A stretch of 64,000 nt of DNA from an uncultured Planctomycetota bacterium (GCA_963845755.1 CAWJTV010000029.1:128001-192000); one strand, 5' to 3'; shown: positions 1 through 11,764, counted from the stretch's first letter. Program-made: numbers and translations. The notes: generated by a model from the sequence alone, not told the origin.

Positions 1-5
1 TGGGG

Positions 6-605
6 GTGGCAGCGATCCGCAAGGTCGTGGCGGCCGCCCGCCATCCGGAAGCCCTCACCCGGTCGGGGACAACGGCGGGTGCCTCGGCCGGCTCGAACTC
101 CGATTCGCCGCTGGTCGTGCGCAACCAGGTCCGGTTGACCCTTGCCGGCGCCCAGGCGATCCTGGCCGGCGCCGAAGCGAAGGCCCATGTGATGGGTCTG
201 AAGTTCAACATCGCGGTCGTCGATGAGGGCGGTCACCTGCTCGCCTTCGAGCGGATGGACAGGGCGCGGCCGGCCAGCGCCTACACGGCCATGTCGAAGG
301 CCACGACCGCCGCGACGTTCCGACAACCGACCGGGCCGATCCCGCCCGGCTCGGAGCATCCGGACCCCCTGCTAAACCTGGCCCTCGAACATGCGGCGGC
401 GGCCAGCGGCGGTAAGATCACGACCCTCCGCGGCGGCTTGCCTATCGTGATCGACGGCCAGGTCATCGGCGGGGTGGGGGTCGGCGGCGGTTCCGGCGAG
501 CAGGACAGCCAGGTTGCCCAGGCGGGCTTCCAGGCGTTCTCCGATCGGATTGCCGCGCACCCAGGCGCACCCGCACCCGCACCCACTGGCAATGCTCGGC
601 CTTGA
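6..605 (+). CDS. GlcG/HbpS family heme-binding protein (probably 5'-truncated by the window edge)
   Basis: NIAVVDEGGHLLAFERMD...KATTAA...GGLPIVIDGQVIGGVGVGGG...D pattern typical of GlcG/DUF336. Confidence 0.85.
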   Translation: MAAIRKVVAAARHPEALTRSGTTAGASAGSNSDSPLVVRNQVRLTLAGAQAILAGAEAKAHVMGLKFNIAVVDEGGHLLAFERMDRARPASAYTAMSKATTAATFRQPTGPIPPGSEHPDPLLNLALEHAAAASGGKITTLRGGLPIVIDGQVIGGVGVGGGSGEQDSQVAQAGFQAFSDRIAAHPGAPAPAPTGNARP

Positions 606-965
606 GGTCCCCTTGCGGAGGATCTGACCGCGAGACGGGCGAATGGCTCATTGCGGGCGTGCAGATCACCTGCAAATTGCCAGGAGAAGGCGGTGAAGTC
701 GTGTTGCGAATCCGCAATAATAGCACAGGCATCCCCCCGAGATGCTAACGCAGCCGCGACCTGCTGGTGCAGGCGGGGCAACGCGTGCCGTGCTCCCAGG
801 ATGGGGTTGGCATCGTGCCGCCCCTCGATCTGGTACGTTGTCGAAAGACATGGCGGGACCGTTGTGGCCGACCGTTCGCGACCCGGTGCAGGCGAGGAAT
901 GCGTCGTCTGCCGCGCGTACGGATAGCCCGGGGAACGGCACCCGCCAGCGAAGGAGCCCGACCGC

Positions 966-1406
966 TTGAGCCATTCCGCACTTCGACATCGTGTGCTGGT
1001 CGTGGACGACAACGTCGACGCGGCTGTGAGCCTCGGCATGTTATTGAAGTTGGCGGGCCAGGAGGTTCGCGTCGCCTACGACGGGCCGGCTGCCCTCCGA
1101 CAGGCGGTCGAGTTCCGTCCGGGTCTGGTCCTGCTCGATATCGGCATGCCGGGTATGGACGGCTACGAAGTCTGCCGCCGGCTCCGACGCGAGGTCAGCC
1201 TGGGGCCGATGACCCTCGTCGCCCTGACCGGCTGGGGCCAGGATGAGGATCGCCGCCGCTCGCACGATGCCGGCTTCGATCACCACATCGTCAAGCCGGT
1301 GGAACCCAGTGCGCTGCAACGGCTGCTCGCCGAGCTGCCGGTCGACCCCCGCCCCGGCCATGATCCGGCCGGCGATGCGGGAAATACCCCGAACGAATCG
1401 CCCTGA
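966..1406 (+). CDS. Stand-alone response regulator receiver domain
   Basis: VLVVDDN, LLDIGMPGMDG, ALTGWG and HIVKP receiver motifs. Confidence 0.9.
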   Translation: MSHSALRHRVLVVDDNVDAAVSLGMLLKLAGQEVRVAYDGPAALRQAVEFRPGLVLLDIGMPGMDGYEVCRRLRREVSLGPMTLVALTGWGQDEDRRRSHDAGFDHHIVKPVEPSALQRLLAELPVDPRPGHDPAGDAGNTPNESP

Positions 1407-1480
1407 CACACCGGGCATCGATCCACAAGACAGTCCGCGGAGGCCATCTCCCGGACTGGCTGACAACGGGAGGAGCCTCG

Positions 1481-4400
1481 ATGGGGCGTGTTGTCCATTT
1501 CGTGAGCATCGTCCTGACCCTCGCGATGGGAATCCGATGGGTCACGACCGGTTCGAACGCCTTCGCCCAGGAGAGACCGGCGCCGGCCGCCCTGATCCCG
1601 CACGGCCAGGATCGAGCCCCAAACGCCCCCCGCTCTCCGGCCGAAGCGATCCGGGCCATGACGGTGCCACCCGGCTTCCGCGTCGAGCTGGTGGCCGCCG
1701 AGCCCGATATCGTCAACCCGGTCGCCATGACGTTCGACGAGCGCGGCCGGATCTGGATCACCGAGAGCCTGGAATACCCGCGACGTCGAGCGGGCCCAGG
1801 CCGCGACCGGGTCAAGGTCATCGAGGACACCGACGGCGACGGCAAGGCCGACAGGTTCCGGGTCTTTGCCGACGGGTTGAACATCCCCTCGGGGATCGCC
1901 GTTGGTCACGGCGGTGTCTGGGTCGCCAACTCGCCGGATCTTCTCTTCCTCCAGGATCGCGACGGCGACGGCAAGGCCGACTCCCGGGAAGTCGTCGCGA
2001 CCGGCTTCGGCCGCTCCGACACCCACGAGTTGCCCAACTCGCTGACCTGGGGCCCCGACGGCTGGCTCTACGGCTGGAACGGCGTATTCAACCCCAGCAA
2101 GGTTGCCTCCAAGAATGGCAAGACCTACGAGTTCACCTGCGCGATCTTCCGCATCCATCCCAGGACCCGGGTCTTCGAGGTCTGGTGTGAGGGGACCAGC
2201 AATCCCTGGGGCATCGCGATCGACCCCGAGGGCTCGTTCTTCTCCAGCGCCTGCGTGATCGATCACCTCTGGCACCTGGTCGAGTCCGGCTATTACATTC
2301 GCCAGGGTGGGCCGTATCCGCCGTATACCTGGCCGATCGAGTCGATCGTCGATCACGCTCATCAAAAGGCCGCGTACTGCGGCATCCACTACTTCGACAG
2401 CCCGGCGTATCCCGCGGAGTATCGCGGCCGGCTCTACATGGGCAACATCCACGGCAACTGCATCAATGTGGACGTCCTGAATCGCAGAGGCTCGACCTAC
2501 AACGCCGAGCCCGCGCCCGACTTCCTCCAGGCCAACGACTCGTGGTTCATGCCGGTCTCGCAGAAGACCGGGCCCGATGGCAGTCTCTATATCCTCGACT
2601 GGTACGATCAGTATCACTGCTACCAGGACGCCAACCGCGACCCCGCAGGCATCGACCGGCTCAAGGGACGGCTCTACCGCGTCCGCTACATGGAGACGCC
2701 CCGGCGCTTCGGTTTTGATCTGGCGAAGTCGACCGATGACGAGCTGATCGAATTCCTGCGCGATCCCAATGTCTACGTGCGCGATATCGCCCAGCGGCTC
2801 TTGACCGAACGCGCCTCGCCCGCACTCCGGAAGAAGCTCGAGGCGCTCGTGCTCGACGACGAAGCCGCGCGTTCGGCCCGGATGCACGGCCTGTGGGCCT
2901 TGATCGGATCGGGGGCGCTGGATCTTGACTTCCATCTCAAGCTCTTATCTCATCACGAGGCGACGTTTCAGGCCTGGGGCGTCCGGGCGGCGGGGAACCA
3001 GGGGCGTGTTGCAACGGCGATCCGCGATCGGGTTTGCAAGCTGGCCCGTGATTCCTACCTCGAGGTCAAGCTCCAGGTGGCCATCGCGGCGCGGAAGTTT
3101 CCGGATGTGGACCCGGTGCCCGTGCTAGTCGATGTCTTGCTGAACTCCGTCGATCCGCTCATCCCCCACATCGTCTGGCAGAACCTCCACCCGCTCCTGG
3201 AGAGCCGTCAGGCTGATGTCGTCCGGCAATTCCAACGCGCACAATCGCGGAACTTCGGGCTCAGTGCCATCTCTCCCAGGGCCCTCGAGCGCATCCTGGA
3301 CAGTCCCAAGGCGGACCCGGAAGCCGTTCGGATCCTGATGGCCTCAACGCATCGCGAGGGCGACCTGCGCCAGGCGCTCGACGTCCTGGCCGCTCATTTC
3401 CGCGAACGCGCCCTGCCGCCGGAGATCGAGAAGAGTTTGCACGCGGTGCTGATCCGCCTCTTGAACGAGGCGGCTTCGACTCCCGGCGAGGACTCACGCT
3501 GCCCTCGAATACCGAATCCTTCTGGCCTACTGCGGCGATCAGGCGAGTGTGAAACAGTGCTGGGAGATCGCCCGCACGATCCGGCAGGGAGATGACCCTG
3601 CCTCGTTGGCTCGCCGGGAAGAACTGAGGATGCGTGCGGTCGACGCGATCCTCTACCGAAGGATCCAGGGAACGATTCGTTCACTGGTCGCGAGCATCCT
3701 CGCCGAGAACGACTCGGAAAGCTCGGTCGCGTTCCGCGGCAAGATCCTCGACGCGCTCGACGACCTCGACGACGACGAGGTGGCGCCGACCGTGCTCAAA
3801 TCCTATGACAACCTCACGGCTTCCCTGAAGCCCCGCGCCATCGACCTTCTGACCCGTCGTGCCGAGTGGGCGAAGGTCTTGCTGGCCGCCGTCGCCGAGA
3901 AGCGAGTCCCCGCCACGGCGCTGAACGTCACCCAGCTTCGCAAGCTCCAGCAGAGCAAGGACCCCGAGGTTGCCCGCCGGGTCAAGGCGATCTGGGGGAC
4001 GATCCGGGAAGGCCGCAATCCTCGGCGCGAGCTGGTGGTCGACCAGATCCGCCGGTCGCTCCGCCGGATGACCGGCGATCCGGCCGCCGGTCAGGCCGTC
4101 TTCAACAAGCTCTGCGTCCAGTGCCACAAGATCTACGGATCAGGCCAGGACGTCGGCCCCGACATCACCTCCAACGGCCGCAACGAATTCAACCAGCTCC
4201 TGTCCAACGTCTTCGACCCGAGCCTGGTCATCGGCCCCGGCTACCAGGCGACGACGATCGCCACCCACGACGGCCGCGTGCTCAGCGGCCTGCTGGCCGA
4301 ATCCGGCAAGGACCGCATCGTCCTGAAGCTTCAGGGCGGCAAGCTCGAGACGATCCCGCGCGACCAGGTCGACCAGATGAAGACCGCCGATGTCTCGCTC

Positions 4401-4541
4401 ATGCCCGAGGAGGTCGAGAAGCAGCTCTCACCGCAGGAGATCGCCGACCTGTTCGCGTTCCTCTGCCTGGATAAGCCGCCTTCGGATCCCTCCGCCCGGC
4501 CCCTGCCCGGCGCCGGCCCCATCCTGCGGCGAGCCCGATGA
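1481..4541 (+). CDS. PVC-type membrane-bound dehydrogenase-like protein with C-terminal CxxCH heme domain; frameshifted near 3500-3550
   Basis: Signal peptide, AAEPDIVNPVAMTFDERGR beta-propeller, HEAT-like middle, CVQCH and GPDIT...SLMPE in the second ORF (3549-4541). Confidence 0.85.
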
Positions 4542-5294
4542 GCCCACAAGACTCCCCACCCTTCCGCCGGCCCAGCCCGCATGGAGGAAACCGACGAGAC
4601 CGATCACCTCGCCGATCAGAAACAACGGCCACGGGAAGGGGTTCGGCATGCCGCCTGATGCGATGTTCCGCCAGTCCCAGCAGAAAGAGCCGACCAAGAT
4701 CAGTCCGCCCAGGACGATCACCGTCCAGTCCCACCGCGAAACGCGGAACGGCCGGCCCGATGCCTCCCGGACGATCACGGCCGAACCGGCCACGACCATC
4801 GACGCGGCCACGATCGCCGGCGCCAGCACGGGCGCGGCCCACGGGACCGGGATCAGGAACAAGATATCCCACGTCCAGACCGACGCCGGCCAGCCGAGCA
4901 GCAGCTTGAGGGACAGGTAATAGCTCAGGTCCCAGATACCGAAAGCGGCGAGAAAGGCCGAGAACCGTTGCAGAGACGTCCGGCCGGCCGCCAGGCCGAT
5001 CCCCGCGAGCATGACCAGGGTCGCAGCCTCGCGAATCACCTCGATCTTCATCAATCGCGCGGCGACCGGATCGGCCTGATCCAATCGCTCGATGGGGATC
5101 ATGGGGAAAATCTCGCCCGCCGAAAGCGGACCGGTCCAGCCGGCAGCCGGACTCAGGATCGCGCGGAGGTCAACCACCACAACCGCCTCGACGAACCCGA
5201 AGCCGATGCCGAATAGCACAAGCCCGGCCAGTAACCAGCCCGGTCGAAACGGCGTCATAGCGAGATCCTCATGCCATCGTTGATGCTCATTCAC
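4428..5294 (-). CDS. Integral membrane protein of unknown function
   Basis: Several hydrophobic segments; EAVVVVDLR, REAATLVML and WDILFLIPVPWAAPVLAP motifs; overlaps the ispH stop. The 3' end overlaps the convergent gene and is uncertain. Confidence 0.7.
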   Translation of the reverse strand: MNEHQRWHEDLAMTPFRPGWLLAGLVLFGIGFGFVEAVVVVDLRAILSPAAGWTGPLSAGEIFPMIPIERLDQADPVAARLMKIEVIREAATLVMLAGIGLAAGRTSLQRFSAFLAAFGIWDLSYYLSLKLLLGWPASVWTWDILFLIPVPWAAPVLAPAIVAASMVVAGSAVIVREASGRPFRVSRWDWTVIVLGGLILVGSFCWDWRNIASGGMPNPFPWPLFLIGEVIGLVGFLHAGWAGGRVGSLVGSSGSPQDGAGAGQGPGGGIRRRLIQAEEREQVGDLLR

Positions 5295-6230
5295 GAGCTT
5301 ATGGAATTTGGAGATCCGGGATTTCGGATCTCGAATCCGGAATCGGGAATCTCGAATCCGGAATCGGGAATCTCGAATCCGGAATCCACGCCGATCCGGA
5401 CGAGGGCCCGATGGACCTCATCGATGGTCTCGGGCAAGGTCGAGGTCCCCGCGGTCAGGCCGACGGTGGCGAACCCTTTGAACCACGCGGCGTCCAGGTC
5501 GGCCGCCGACTGGACATGCAGCGCCGGCTTGCCCCGCTCGCGACAGCGGGCGGCCAGCTCGCGCGTATTGTTGGAATGTTGCCCGCCGACGACCACCACC
5601 GCCTCGACCCGATCGATCAGTCGATCGAGGGCGCGCTGATGCTCCTTGGTCGGCAGGCAGACGGTGTTGAACGAACTGGATCTCGGCACCCGGATTGCGC
5701 TCCGCGATTGCGGCGCGGATCCCCGCGACGCGGCGTTCCGTGGCGGTTGTCTGGCAAACGACCCCCAACCGGCGGTGCGGGTACCCGGCCACCTCGTCCA
5801 CCGACTCGATCACATCGTAGTGGTCCAGGTCGCCGACGATTCCCTCGACCTCGACATGTCCCCTCCGGCCGATGACCAGGACATGATAGCCTTCGGCCTG
5901 GAGGTTCTGGGCCGCCTGGTGGACCCGCGCGACCAGGGGACACGTCGTGTCCACCAGACGCTTGCCGGCGGAGGCCAGCCGCTCCCGCTCCCGGTCGCTG
6001 ATCCCATGAGCCGTGACCAGTACGGCCGGCGTCGCCGGCAGCGAGTCCGCCCGCTGCGCCTCGCTCCTCATCGCGAACCCACGGGCCTGGAGCTGCGACT
6101 CGACGATCTCGTTGTGGACGAGCTGCCCGTGGATCGTCACCGTGGCCGGTTCTTCAATCGCGTCGATCACCTCCAGAGCGTCGCGGACCCCGAAACAAAG
6201 TCCCAACACCTCCGCTCGAATCACCCGCAT
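5291..6230 (-). CDS. ispH: 4-hydroxy-3-methylbut-2-enyl diphosphate reductase; +1 frameshift near 5670
   Basis: GLCFGV, LVHN, AHG, DTTCPLV, GHVEV, QTT, NTVC, VGGQHSNNT and TAGTST motifs across two ORFs. Confidence 0.92.
5312..5385. repeat. Tandem GAATCTC/GAATCCG/GAATCGG heptamer array inside the ispH 3' end
   Basis: Seen directly; translates as DSGFEIP repeats. Confidence 0.85.
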
Positions 6231-6299
6231 GAAGCCTCCTTCCGCCCTCGGGAGTAACGATCCTGGCGATCGAGAAAGCGAACCTTGGAATCAACAACG

Positions 6300-6316
6300 A
6301 CTTGGTACGACAAAGT
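6300..6316. promoter_or_regulatory. Putative operator ACTTGG-N5-CAAAGT upstream of ispH
   Basis: 17-bp imperfect palindrome resembling the site at 7492-7508; about 70 bp upstream of the ispH start. Confidence 0.5.
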
Positions 6317-6409
6317 TCACACGTCAAGAATCGGTGCCCGTCTCGTGGTCGGGACGTCCACATGATCGGGATTCACCCACAGGACGGGAGTCCGAGTCGG
6401 GCCACACGA

Positions 6410-6814
6410 TCAAGCGGGCGACCATCCCTCGGCGAGATTGGGATTGCCCGCCGGGGCGGGCTCCGTCCGCGCGGCGTTCAGGGCGTCCTCGACGACGGTC
6501 TCCAGGACGTTGATGTACTCCAGGAACCGTCAACGTCCCCGGTCGGTCATCCGGCAGAGGGTCTGCGGACGGTTGTGGTGGAAGCCCTTCCAGATCTCCA
6601 CGAATCCGGCCTCATGCAGGACCTGAAGATGACGGCTGAGGTTTCCGTCGGTGAGGTGGCAGAGCTCCTTCAACTCGGCGAAGATGACACCCCGGGGATG
6701 GTTGACCAGGGAGGTCATGATCCCGAGCCGGGCTTTCTCGTGGAAGACGCGCTCCAGACCCTCGTAGGCGAATCGACCGGTCGGCTCGACCGCCTTGGCT
6801 TTATTCGGCGGCAT
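6410..6814 (-). CDS. Winged-helix transcriptional regulator (ArsR-like/HTH_34) with an in-frame TGA at 6530-6532
   Basis: VFHEKARLGIM...LTDGNLSRHLQVL...GR*RFLEYINVLE; the frame continues past the TGA to a stop at 6410. Confidence 0.8.
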
Positions 6815-7425
6815 GATCGCACTCCAACGTACGATAAAGGATGACAGCGGCCAGGAGCTGGCCCACGCCGAATGGCAACCCCATGGCCCATGGGGAGAGC
6901 GCCGCATCACCGTGTGCCAGCGTCAGGACAGCCAGCCCGGAACCGAGATAGAAGACCGCCACCCAGAAAGTTGCGCGGGGCAACAGCCGGCAGGAGGCGA
7001 AGATCCCCAGGCTATACACGACCTGCCAGAGCCCCGGCAGCATCCAGAGGCTCGCCGTTGAGGTCCGGACCACCACCAGCGTCAGCAGGCGCGCCGGCGA
7101 CCAGGCACGGACAGAATTGTTCCAGCGCCAGCCAGGTCAACTCGCGCGTCAGCGGCGTGCCGGCATTTCGCGCCCGGACCACCATCTCCAGCCCCGCCGC
7201 CAATCCGCTGATCACCGCCGCGCCGATCCACAACACCAGGTACGGGCCGATCTGCAAGATCGGGTCGGCGATCGTCAACGCCTGGAGCACCGCCGCGACC
7301 ACCGCCACGACCCCCGAGAATGCCACGGGCATCGCGCGGTAGCCGCGAAAGACCTCCGTCCGTGCCAGTTGCAGCCGGATCTCCGTGATCTGTGTCAGGG
7401 CCTCACGCAGTTCCATCAATGTCAC
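6801..7425 (-). CDS. Membrane protein co-transcribed with the wHTH regulator; frameshift near 7090
   Basis: Two hydrophobic ORFs (7012-7425 and 6801-7076) join into one multi-TM protein that overlaps the regulator start. Confidence 0.7.
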
Positions 7426-7491
7426 CCTTCCATCTCAGGTCCCAGGTTCCCGCGACCCTCGATCCGACAGCGACCCGACACTCCCCTCTTC

Positions 7492-7527
7492 GCTTTACAT
7501 CGTAAAGTTCCCGTGGTGGGGCGTCAA
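7492..7527 (-). promoter_or_regulatory. Sigma70-type promoter TTGACG-N17-TACGAT with its -10 overlapped by the palindrome CTTTAC-ATC-GTAAAG
   Basis: Minus strand reads TTGACG ccccaccacgggaactt TACGAT; inverted repeat at 7493-7507. Confidence 0.65.
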
Positions 7528-8352
7528 GAGCGATGAGATCCGCGGCCGGGGATTCCGCGGGTCTGGGCCGCTTGGCGAAGGCGTTGCCATTGTGCGTTGC
7601 CGACCTCGATGATCCGGGAATCCGGCCACTTTTCCAGGTAAGCGTAACGGGGATGCCGTGAGTCCTTGTATGGGTCGTTTCGCGCGGCGTTGTAGCAGCC
7701 GATGAGAGCCCAGCGCGGCTCGTCGCTACGGTTGCGGTCGGAGCGATGCAGGAGGTTACAGTGGAAGAAGATGGCATCACCGGGCTCGAGCGGACACTCG
7801 ACTCGCTCCAGGCGCCGGAGTGCCGCCTCCACGCGCTCGGGGTCGGCACCGGTCTGATCGCCGACAGGTCCATGATTGAGCCGTCCGAGGCGGTGCGAGC
7901 CCGCGAGAACCTGAAGGCATCCATTATCGTGAGTCGCCCGATCGACGGCAATCATGCAACTGGCCAAATCGGGGAACAGGCAGCCGGTCTCATACCAGTA
8001 GCCGTAATCCTGGTGCCACTCCCAGGCGCCGCCGATCTGGGGTTCCTTGAGGATCATCTTGTGATGGTAATGGTAGACTTCTCCGTCGAGCAGCCGTTCC
8101 ATCGTGTCGACGATCTGCCGGGAGCGGACGAACGCGCGTATAGATGTCGTCGTCCAGCGCATTGCGGACGGAGAGCCGGACGATACCCCCTTCGCCATCG
8201 CGACGGCCGGCGGACTGCTGCACCATCTCATGATCGGCACGAGCAATCCGGCCGAGCAGGTCGATTTCCTCGCGGCCGAACAAACGGTCAACGATCAGGA
8301 AGCCGTCCCGCAGGAACCGGGCGAGCTGCGGATCGCTCAGAGTGAACGCCAT
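7524..8352 (-). CDS. Phytanoyl-CoA dioxygenase (PhyH) family 2OG-Fe(II) oxygenase; frameshift near 8135
   Basis: QLARFLRDGFL, WEWHQDYGYW, NGCLQVLAGSH and FHCNLLHRS..N.S..R motifs. Confidence 0.88.
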
Positions 8353-8751
8353 GGTGATACTCCGCGGGAGATCGAGCCTGGGAAACGGGTCCTCTGAGGG
8401 TGCCAGGAGCGGCCTGGCAGATCGCGAGCCCGCCCCTCGATCCCTGGTTTTGCACGTCCGCTCGAAACAGCGATGTCCTTGGTATAGCACGAGTTCGGAC
8501 ACTCCTCCAGGGTGTATCGCTGGAGCTCCGGCGATCCCCGAGAGCCGCGAGCCGTTCGGGGGACCAGACCTCTCGGAATCTACCAACGGGAGAATTCGGG
8601 AGTGTTAACGCGACGCAATTCGGTTAGAATCACGACCTTTGCGGGAAAGCATCGGCGCCGGCACGATCTGAGGGATACCGGGTCCGCGGATCCCGCGGCC
8701 TTCCCAGGATGCCGGCGCGAGCGACCGCAGTGAGGCCGGATTTCGACCGTC

Positions 8752-10125
8752 ATGGGATACATCGAGATCCTGATCATCGCCGGTCTGATCCTGATCAACG
8801 GGTTGTTCGTCACGGCCGAGTTCGCCCTGGTGAAAGTCCGTGCGACTCAGATCGACGAGCTCGCCGAAAAGGGGAACTGGGCGGCCAAGCTCACCAGCAA
8901 GGCCCTCGATCGCCTCGACTTCTACCTGTCGGCTTCCCAGATCGGCATCACAATGGCCAGCCTGGCGTTGGGGATGGCGATCGAGCACTGGGTTGCGCCG
9001 CTGGTGAAAGCGGGTTTCGAAGCCATCCGAATTCCCTCGCACCCGATCACGGTATTCGGATTCTCGATCGCCATCGTCCCGGTGGTTTCCCTGGGCCTGA
9101 TCACCTTCTTGCACATGGCACTCGGTGAACAGGCACCCAAGAACCTGGCCATCCGCGCCCCTCGGGCCCTCGCGCTGCTGACGGCACCTCCTCTGGTGAT
9201 CCTCTCCTACATCTTCTCGCCGCTCATCTGGTTGTTGAACAAGGCGAGTAACCTGACGCTCTGGGTTGTGGGGCTGGGTCAGACGAGTGCCTCGGAACTG
9301 GCGCACTCCGAGGAAGAACTCCGCCTGATCGTCGCCGAAAGCGTGGCGGGCGGCCACCTCTCGCGCAACGAGCGGATCATGATCGAGAACGTCCTCAACC
9401 TGGAGGAGAAGACCGCGCGGCGGGTGATGGTTCCCCGACCCGACATCGTCTATCTGAGCCTGGCCCGGCCTATCGAGGAGAACTTCCGCGTGGCCCGTCA
9501 GGCCGGGCACACCCGCTTCCCACTCTGCGAGGACGACCTGACCACGGTCATCGGCATGATCCACGTCAAGGATGTCTTCCGCGCCGGGTCGTACCAGAAC
9601 GGTCGCGTCGAGCTTCGCCAACTGGCCCGCAAGGTCCCATTCCTGCCCGTGATGCTCCGGCTCGACCAGCTCCTGCTGGAATTCCAGAGAAACCGCGTGC
9701 ACCTGGCCATGCTGCTGGATGAGTACGGGAGCGTCGTCGGCATGGCGACGCTCGAGAACGTGCTGGAAGAACTGGTCGGTCCGATCCAGGACGAATTCGA
9801 TCGGGAGACGCCGCCGATCACACCCCTGGGCGAGAATGCGTTCGAGGTCGAGGCCTCCTGCCCGCTCGACGTGCTGGCCGAGACCTGCCAGATGGAGATC
9901 CCCGAGACCGATGCGGAGACCGCGGGCGGGCTGGTCCTCGACCTGCTGGGCCGGCTGGCCCGGCCGGGAGACTCGGTCTCGATCAACGGCCATCGCCTCA
10001 CCGTCCTCCGCGCCGATCCCACTCGGATCCGACGGATCCGCGTCGAGCCCGCGGTCCCCGAAGTTCCCGCAGCCCCGTCCGAAGGCTCCTCGGAACAGGC
10101 CGGCCGGAACGATCACAACGCGTGA
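8752..10125 (+). CDS. Hemolysin/CNNM family transporter (DUF21, CBS pair, CorC)
   Basis: NGLFVTAEFALV, QIGIT, GEQAPK, HTRFP and DEYG...LEELVG motifs. Confidence 0.93.
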   Translation: MGYIEILIIAGLILINGLFVTAEFALVKVRATQIDELAEKGNWAAKLTSKALDRLDFYLSASQIGITMASLALGMAIEHWVAPLVKAGFEAIRIPSHPITVFGFSIAIVPVVSLGLITFLHMALGEQAPKNLAIRAPRALALLTAPPLVILSYIFSPLIWLLNKASNLTLWVVGLGQTSASELAHSEEELRLIVAESVAGGHLSRNERIMIENVLNLEEKTARRVMVPRPDIVYLSLARPIEENFRVARQAGHTRFPLCEDDLTTVIGMIHVKDVFRAGSYQNGRVELRQLARKVPFLPVMLRLDQLLLEFQRNRVHLAMLLDEYGSVVGMATLENVLEELVGPIQDEFDRETPPITPLGENAFEVEASCPLDVLAETCQMEIPETDAETAGGLVLDLLGRLARPGDSVSINGHRLTVLRADPTRIRRIRVEPAVPEVPAAPSEGSSEQAGRNDHNA

Positions 10126-10159
10126 ACTCCACGCTCGGCTCGGCTCGGGCGATGGCGCC

Positions 10160-11049
10160 TCAGTCGTCGAGGAATCTCCGGGTGATCGGCGCATAGGCGT
10201 CGATGCGACGATCGCGGAGGAACGGCCAGTTTCGTCGGGTCTGCTCCAGGAGTTGGGGTTGGCAGGTGGCGATGAGGACCTCCTCGGCGTCCGGACCGCG
10301 CGCACGACGACGCGACCGAAGGGGTCCGCCAGGAAGGAGCCGCCCCAGAATTCCAGACCGCCGCCGGACGGGCCTTCGTGCCCGACCCGGTTGACGGCCG
10401 CGACGTAGACCCCGTTGGCGATCGCGTGGGACCGCTGGATCGTCTCCCAGGCCGAGGCCTGCGCCTCACCGAACTCGGCCTTCTCGGAGGGATGCCAGCC
10501 GATCGCCGTGGGGTAGAAGAGGATCTCGGCGCCGCGCAGGGCCGTCAAGCGGGCCGCCTCGGGGTACCACTGGTCCCAGCAGACGAGGGTCCCCACGCGG
10601 GCGTATGCGGTCTCGAACGCCAGGAATCCCAGGTCGCCGGGCGTGAAGTAATACTTCTCGTAATAGAGCGGGTCGTCGGGGATGTGCATCTTGCGGTAGC
10701 GTCCCCGGAGCGTGCCATCGGCATCGAGGACGACCGCGGTGTTGTGATAGACGCCGGCCGCGCGGCGCTCGAACACCGAGCCGACCACGACCATGCTCGT
10801 CTCGTGCGCCAGCCGGGCCAGCGCCTCGGTGGTCGGACCGGGGACCGGCTCGGCGAGATCGAATCGCGCGGCGTCCTCGACCTGGCAGAAATACTCCGAG
10901 CGGAACAGTTCCGGCAGACAGGCGACTTGCGCACCGCGATCGGCCGCGGAGCGGAGCAATGCAGACGCCCGGCGCAGGTTATCCTCCGGGTCGTCCGAGC
11001 ATCGCATCTGGATCAGGCCGACGGTGAACGGGCGGGACTCACGGCTCAT
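10160..11049 (-). CDS. Carbon-nitrogen hydrolase (N-carbamoylputrescine amidase-like); frameshift near 10295
   Basis: LPELF, YRKMHIPDDPLYYEKYYF and VCWDQWYPE (E-K-C triad); C-terminus WPFLRDRRIDAY lies in the alternate frame. Confidence 0.88.
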
Positions 11050-11764
11050 GGCAACCTTCGGGCAGTTCAACCATGGAGATACTTTCGCATCTCCGCGACC
11101 AGCGACTTGAAAACCGTGTCACTCGGCTCGACTCTCTTGATCACGGGCTCGGAGACATCATCCGAGAACAGAGCCAGGACTCTTCCGTCGTTGCAAGACT
11201 CGACATGGACCTTCCTTCGACCCAGTCGATGCGTGGTCGCGACACCTCCGACTGCGGACGGCGCTAATCGCGTCGGCTCGAAGTTCTCTTGCAGGAGGAC
11301 GTCGAGAAAGCCCCTGGCCGCCAGGATGGCTCGCTCGGTCGGGGCCGCCGCGGCATATCCGTTCCACCCCTCCCGCAGTTGCGAGAACTTGGAGAGTGTC
11401 GCATCCCAAGCCGCAGCTTTTATTGGACTCTGTCGTGCAGCTCCGTCCCACCCGCGTCCGGAGTGATCGCGAGCGTTTGTCCGTCGTGTGGGCCATCAAT
11501 GATTTTCAGGGCGATTTCTCCTCATCGTGAGTCCCTCCCGATTTTACATCAATCGGCGTCACATCGACCAGAGCGCGCGGCGTCGAGTCTCGGAGGCGGG
11601 TGATCGCGGCAACGTTGCTCGACTGCGGCGGGATGCCGCGATCGCGGTGCCGGCGGTCGCGGCTCCGCGCTGTTGATTTGGCCGCGACCAGCCGTTAGTG
11701 TTGGCTCCATGGTCGGTTGGAGATCGTGACCGAATCCACGACACCCGAGGAGAGGACGCTTGTC

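Noticed and set aside
6530..6532. Selenocysteine or read-through recoding of the TGA
   Set aside because: The position is in a non-catalytic helix where Cys is not expected, and I could not identify a SECIS element.
8605..11070. 821-aa nitrilase fusion ORF
   Set aside because: A frameshift near 10295 lets the nitrilase read into the antisense strand of the CNNM gene; the true stop is at 10160.
11070..11760. Possible riboswitch or small gene in the long divergent gap (also 60000-60700)
   Set aside because: No recognisable aptamer consensus or convincing ORF.
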